Source: Pseudomonas aeruginosa (GTDB lineage: Bacteria; Pseudomonadota; Gammaproteobacteria; Pseudomonadales; Pseudomonadaceae). Taken from it: DNA of 32,000 nt. Positions 28,822-32,000 of the stretch are shown piece by piece. Every line of letters starts with the position of its first letter. Positions within the stretch are counted from its first letter, which is position 1. A program made the translations under genes and the position numbers. The notes under the pieces were generated by a model that saw only the letters and a list, made by a program, of their open reading frames with translations, searched no databases and was not told where the DNA came from. The stretch covers positions 6,150,001-6,182,000 of the forward strand of contig NZ_LN831024.1 of the NCBI RefSeq assembly GCF_001457615.1, given 5' to 3'.

Positions 28822-31677
28822 TCAACGAGCCTGGCGCAAACCTTCCTCCAGGGCATGGGCCGGCAACGGCCGGCCGATCAGGTAGCCCTGCAGCTCGTCG
28901 CAACGCTGGGCCACCAGGAAGTCCCGCTGTTCGATGGTTTCCACGCCTTCGGCGACCACCTTCAGGTCGAGGCTGTGGGCCATGGCGATGATCGCCCGGA
29001 TGATCGCCGCATCCTCGCTGTTCTGGGTCAGGTCGCGGACGAACGACTGGTCGATCTTCAGGTAGTCCAGCGGCAGGCGCTTCAGGTAGCTGAGCGAGGA
29101 ATAGCCGGTGCCGAAGTCGTCGACCGATAGCTTCACCCCCATCTCACGCAACTGGCGGAAGGTCGCCAGGACACTATCGAGGGCGTCCAGCCACTGGCTT
29201 TCGGTCAACTCCAGCTCCAGTTGCGCCGCCGGCAGGCCGCTGTCGGCCAGCGCCGAGCGCACTACGTCGAGCAGGTCGCCCTGGCGCAACTGGTGGACCG
29301 AGAGGTTCACCGAGACCCGCAGGTTCAGGCCCCGCTGGCTCCACTCGGCGGCCTGCAGGCAGGCCCGGCGCAGGACGAATTCACCGATCTCGCCGATCAA
29401 CCCGCACTCCTCGGCGAGGCCGATGAAGGTCGACGGCGGGATCATGCCCTCCTCCGGATGGTGCCAGCGCACCAGCGCCTCGACCGAGTCCGGGCGGGCG
29501 CTGGCCAGGCACAGCTTGGGCTGGTAATGCACGTCCAGCTGGCCCTCCTCGACCGCCTTGCGCAACCGGGTTTCCAGGCGCAGGCGTTCGAGGGTGCTGT
29601 CCTGCAGGTTGTCGCGGAAGAACTGGAAGGTATTGCCGCCGAGTTGCTTGGCATGTTGCATCGCCAGGTTCGCCTGGCTCATCAGCACGGAGATTTCCCG
29701 TGCCTGCTCGGAAAACAGGCTGATCCCCAGCGAGGCGCCGAGGATCAACTCGTGGCCGAGCACGCTCACCGGCTGGCGCAACTGGACCAGCAGGCGTTCG
29801 GCCAGGCGCGACAGGGCCGCGGTGCCGGTGCCGCCATCGAGGAGAATGGCGAACTCGTCGCCGGCCAGACGCGCCAGGGTGTTGGCTTCCGGCGCGGTGC
29901 GCCGCAGGCGCTGGGCCATCTCCCTGAGCAACTGGTCGGCGACCTCGTGGCCGAGGCTGTCGTTGAGCAGCTTGAAGCGGTCCAGGTCGATCAGCAGCAG
30001 GGCCAGCCCGCCCTCCTCCTGGCGCGCCCGCTGGGCCGCCTCGTGCAGCCGCTCGCGGAACAACCGGCGGTTGGCCAGGCCGGTCAGTTCGTCGTAGTGC
30101 AGCAGGTGACGCAGGCGCTCCTCGACGTCGCGGCGGGCACTGAGATCGGTGAAGAAACCGACGATGTGGGTCGCCTCGCCATTGCCGTCGCGCAGCAGGT
30201 TGAGCTGCAGCCATTGGGGATAGGGATCGCCATTCTTCCGCGTATCCACCAGTTCGCCCTGCCACTGCCCGTGCTGGCGCAGCTCGGCGCGGATCTGCCG
30301 GTAGTGGCGCTGGGCCTCGGGGGTATTCACCAGCAGGCTGGCGTTGCGCCCGACCACGTCCTCGCGGCGATAGCCGGTGATGCGACTGAAGGCCTGGTTG
30401 ACCGCCAGCAGGTTGTAGGCCGGATCGAGGATCACGATGCTCTCGCTGGCCGCCTCGAACACTGTCGCGGCCAGTTGCTGCTGCTCTTCCAGGCGCTTGC
30501 GCGCGCTGATGTCGCTGCGCGTGCCGAGCATCCGCGTCACCCGTCCCCGCGGGTCGCGAGCCATGGCCCGGCCACGATCCTCCAGCCAGCGCCAGCCGCC
30601 CTCCCGGTCGCGCACGCGGTACTCCACCCGGTACAGCTCGCTGCGCCCCTTGAGATGTTCGGCGAGGGCGCGACGGATGCGCGGCAGGTCGCCGGGGTGG
30701 ATGCTTTCGATCAGCCTGCGATAGTCCTCGGGACCGCCCCCGGCGTCGCTGAAGACCGCCTCGAGATAGGAATGCTGGACCCGGCCGCTCTCCAGGTCCC
30801 AGTCCCACAACCCCAGTTCGCTGGCCTCCAGGGCCATGGCCAGGCGCGCCTCGCTCTGGCTGAGCGCCTGGCTGGTCGCGCCAAGCTCCTCGGTGCGCGC
30901 CTCCACCCGGCGCTGCAAGGCGTCGCGGGCGGCGCGCAGCTCGCGTTCGACCAGGCGCCGCTGGCCGACCTCCTGGGCGAGCTTGCGATTGAGCGCTTCG
31001 GCCTCCGCATTGACGCGTTCCAGGTGCAGGTTCAGCGCCTGGGTCTGGAAGCGTCGCAGCAGCGCGCCCTGCACCAGCCGGTGGATCTGCCCGGCGACCA
31101 CCAGCAGCGCCACCAGCAGGATCAGGCCGAGCACGCCCCAGCCCTGCAACAGGCTATGCGGCTGCAACAGCAGGAAAACGATGGATGGCAGCAGGCCCGG
31201 CAAGGCGAAGGTGAGGAAGGCCGGCAGGCTCACCGCATAGGCGACGCTGGCGGAGAGGATCGCCGCCGCCACCAGGCCGAACACCAGCACCTGCTGGAGG
31301 AAGGCATCGGCCGGGACCAGCATGATCACCGCGAACGCCAGGGTCAGGCCCGAGGCGCCGGCGCCGCACAGGAAGGTCCGCCGCCAGTGGCGGCTGGCCT
31401 GGCGACGGCTGTCGGCCTGCTGGAAGGCGGCGACCTGCAGCAGGCGCAGGACGGCGAGCAACACCAGCCAGACCAGCCAGCCGCCGAGCAGCCAGCTGCT
31501 GACCTTGCCCCACACCAGGCAGGCGCTGGTCACGCCGCCGAGCAGCATGAGCAGGGTCGGCGTGCGCGAGCCGAGATAAAGGAGCCGGGTACGCTCGATG
31601 GCGATTTCGCGGGCGTAGAGCCGCAGTACATCGGTGCTGCCGCCCGGCAGCGCCAAGGGCTCGACATGGACGGTCAT
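28822..31677 (-). CDS. Membrane-anchored PAS-GGDEF-EAL (c-di-GMP metabolism) protein
   Basis: Start ATG 31677 (MTVHVEPLALPGGSTDVLRLY). N-terminal TM region, PAS domains, degenerate/variant LARLAGDEFAILL, then VEALVRWHHPEEGMIPPSTFI (EAL) ... VKLSVDDFGTGYSSLSYLKRLPLDYLKIDQSFV. Confidence 0.93.
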   Translation of the reverse strand: MTVHVEPLALPGGSTDVLRLYAREIAIERTRLLYLGSRTPTLLMLLGGVTSACLVWGKVSSWLLGGWLVWLVLLAVLRLLQVAAFQQADSRRQASRHWRRTFLCGAGASGLTLAFAVIMLVPADAFLQQVLVFGLVAAAILSASVAYAVSLPAFLTFALPGLLPSIVFLLLQPHSLLQGWGVLGLILLVALLVVAGQIHRLVQGALLRRFQTQALNLHLERVNAEAEALNRKLAQEVGQRRLVERELRAARDALQRRVEARTEELGATSQALSQSEARLAMALEASELGLWDWDLESGRVQHSYLEAVFSDAGGGPEDYRRLIESIHPGDLPRIRRALAEHLKGRSELYRVEYRVRDREGGWRWLEDRGRAMARDPRGRVTRMLGTRSDISARKRLEEQQQLAATVFEAASESIVILDPAYNLLAVNQAFSRITGYRREDVVGRNASLLVNTPEAQRHYRQIRAELRQHGQWQGELVDTRKNGDPYPQWLQLNLLRDGNGEATHIVGFFTDLSARRDVEERLRHLLHYDELTGLANRRLFRERLHEAAQRARQEEGGLALLLIDLDRFKLLNDSLGHEVADQLLREMAQRLRRTAPEANTLARLAGDEFAILLDGGTGTAALSRLAERLLVQLRQPVSVLGHELILGASLGISLFSEQAREISVLMSQANLAMQHAKQLGGNTFQFFRDNLQDSTLERLRLETRLRKAVEEGQLDVHYQPKLCLASARPDSVEALVRWHHPEEGMIPPSTFIGLAEECGLIGEIGEFVLRRACLQAAEWSQRGLNLRVSVNLSVHQLRQGDLLDVVRSALADSGLPAAQLELELTESQWLDALDSVLATFRQLREMGVKLSVDDFGTGYSSLSYLKRLPLDYLKIDQSFVRDLTQNSEDAAIIRAIIAMAHSLDLKVVAEGVETIEQRDFLVAQRCDELQGYLIGRPLPAHALEEGLRQAR

Positions 31678-31853
31678 AGGCGCTTGTTCTTGTAGTGGTT
31701 TGCCTTGAAGTGGCCGGAGCATAACCGAGCAGGGGCAGGCTGCCCAAGGCCGGGATAGAGCATTTTTCCGCAGCCAGGCCCGACGCTGCGCCGGCCTGCG
31801 CCGAATGGCGGCCCGGTTTGCCCGGCTTTTCCCCGCCCCGGTAGAATGCCGCG

Positions 31854-32000
31854 ATGAACGACGACCTCTCCCTCCTGCTGAACTCCCTCAACGACCCGCA
31901 GCGCCAGGCCGTGGCCGCGCCGCTGGGCCGCCAACTGGTCCTCGCCGGCGCCGGCTCGGGCAAGACCCGCGTGCTGGTGCACCGGATCGCCTGGCTGATC
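31854..32000 (+). CDS. uvrD: DNA helicase II, N-terminus (truncated by window)
   Basis: [49 protein letters not shown]; Walker A GAGSGKT. Confidence 0.95.
   Translation, partial: MNDDLSLLLNSLNDPQRQAVAAPLGRQLVLAGAGSGKTRVLVHRIAWLI

Noticed and set aside
29221-31695. 824-aa plus-strand ORF antisense to the GGDEF/EAL gene
   Set aside because: Shadow ORF with Gln/Ala/Gly-biased composition and no recognisable motif; the opposite strand has well-defined domains.
31674-31982. Minus-strand ORF over the uvrD start
   Set aside because: Antisense to the strongly conserved UvrD N-terminus; no motif.

Overview
The window looks like ordinary core chromosome of Pseudomonas aeruginosa. From memory, the gene order soxA-soxG-purU2-fdhA ... 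uvrD matches the PA5418-PA5443 neighbourhood, but I could not run a database check. I see no prophage, transposon, CRISPR array, tRNA/rRNA or obvious defence island. Left to right the window holds: the 3' end of the sarcosine-oxidation/C1 operon (soxA partial, soxG, purU2, fdhA); a hexose-6-P mutarotase-like protein; a DUF3299-type secreted protein; a YeaQ/YmgE-type membrane protein; purEK; adhA; a LysR regulator; aspA; a YeeE/YedE transporter; a MocR regulator divergent from two GNATs; mtr; the two-subunit pyruvate carboxylase (pycA/oadA) with its LysR regulator; an RpiR/HexR-like regulator divergent from a zwf; a YegQ/TrhP-type U32 peptidase; a minus-strand cluster of a GGDEF/EAL protein, a large exported protein and a DUF3142-like protein; and the start of uvrD. 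The most interesting signals are non-coding or small. They are competing long-range stems in the adhA leader, a diverged tandem duplication of a two-hairpin module after aspA, a pseudoknot-capable structure abutting the purK stop, a probable overlooked 71-aa gene opposite the pycR 3' end, a HexR-like palindrome between rpiR and zwf, adjacent direct repeats at the MocR promoter, and a probable leaderless uvrD start.
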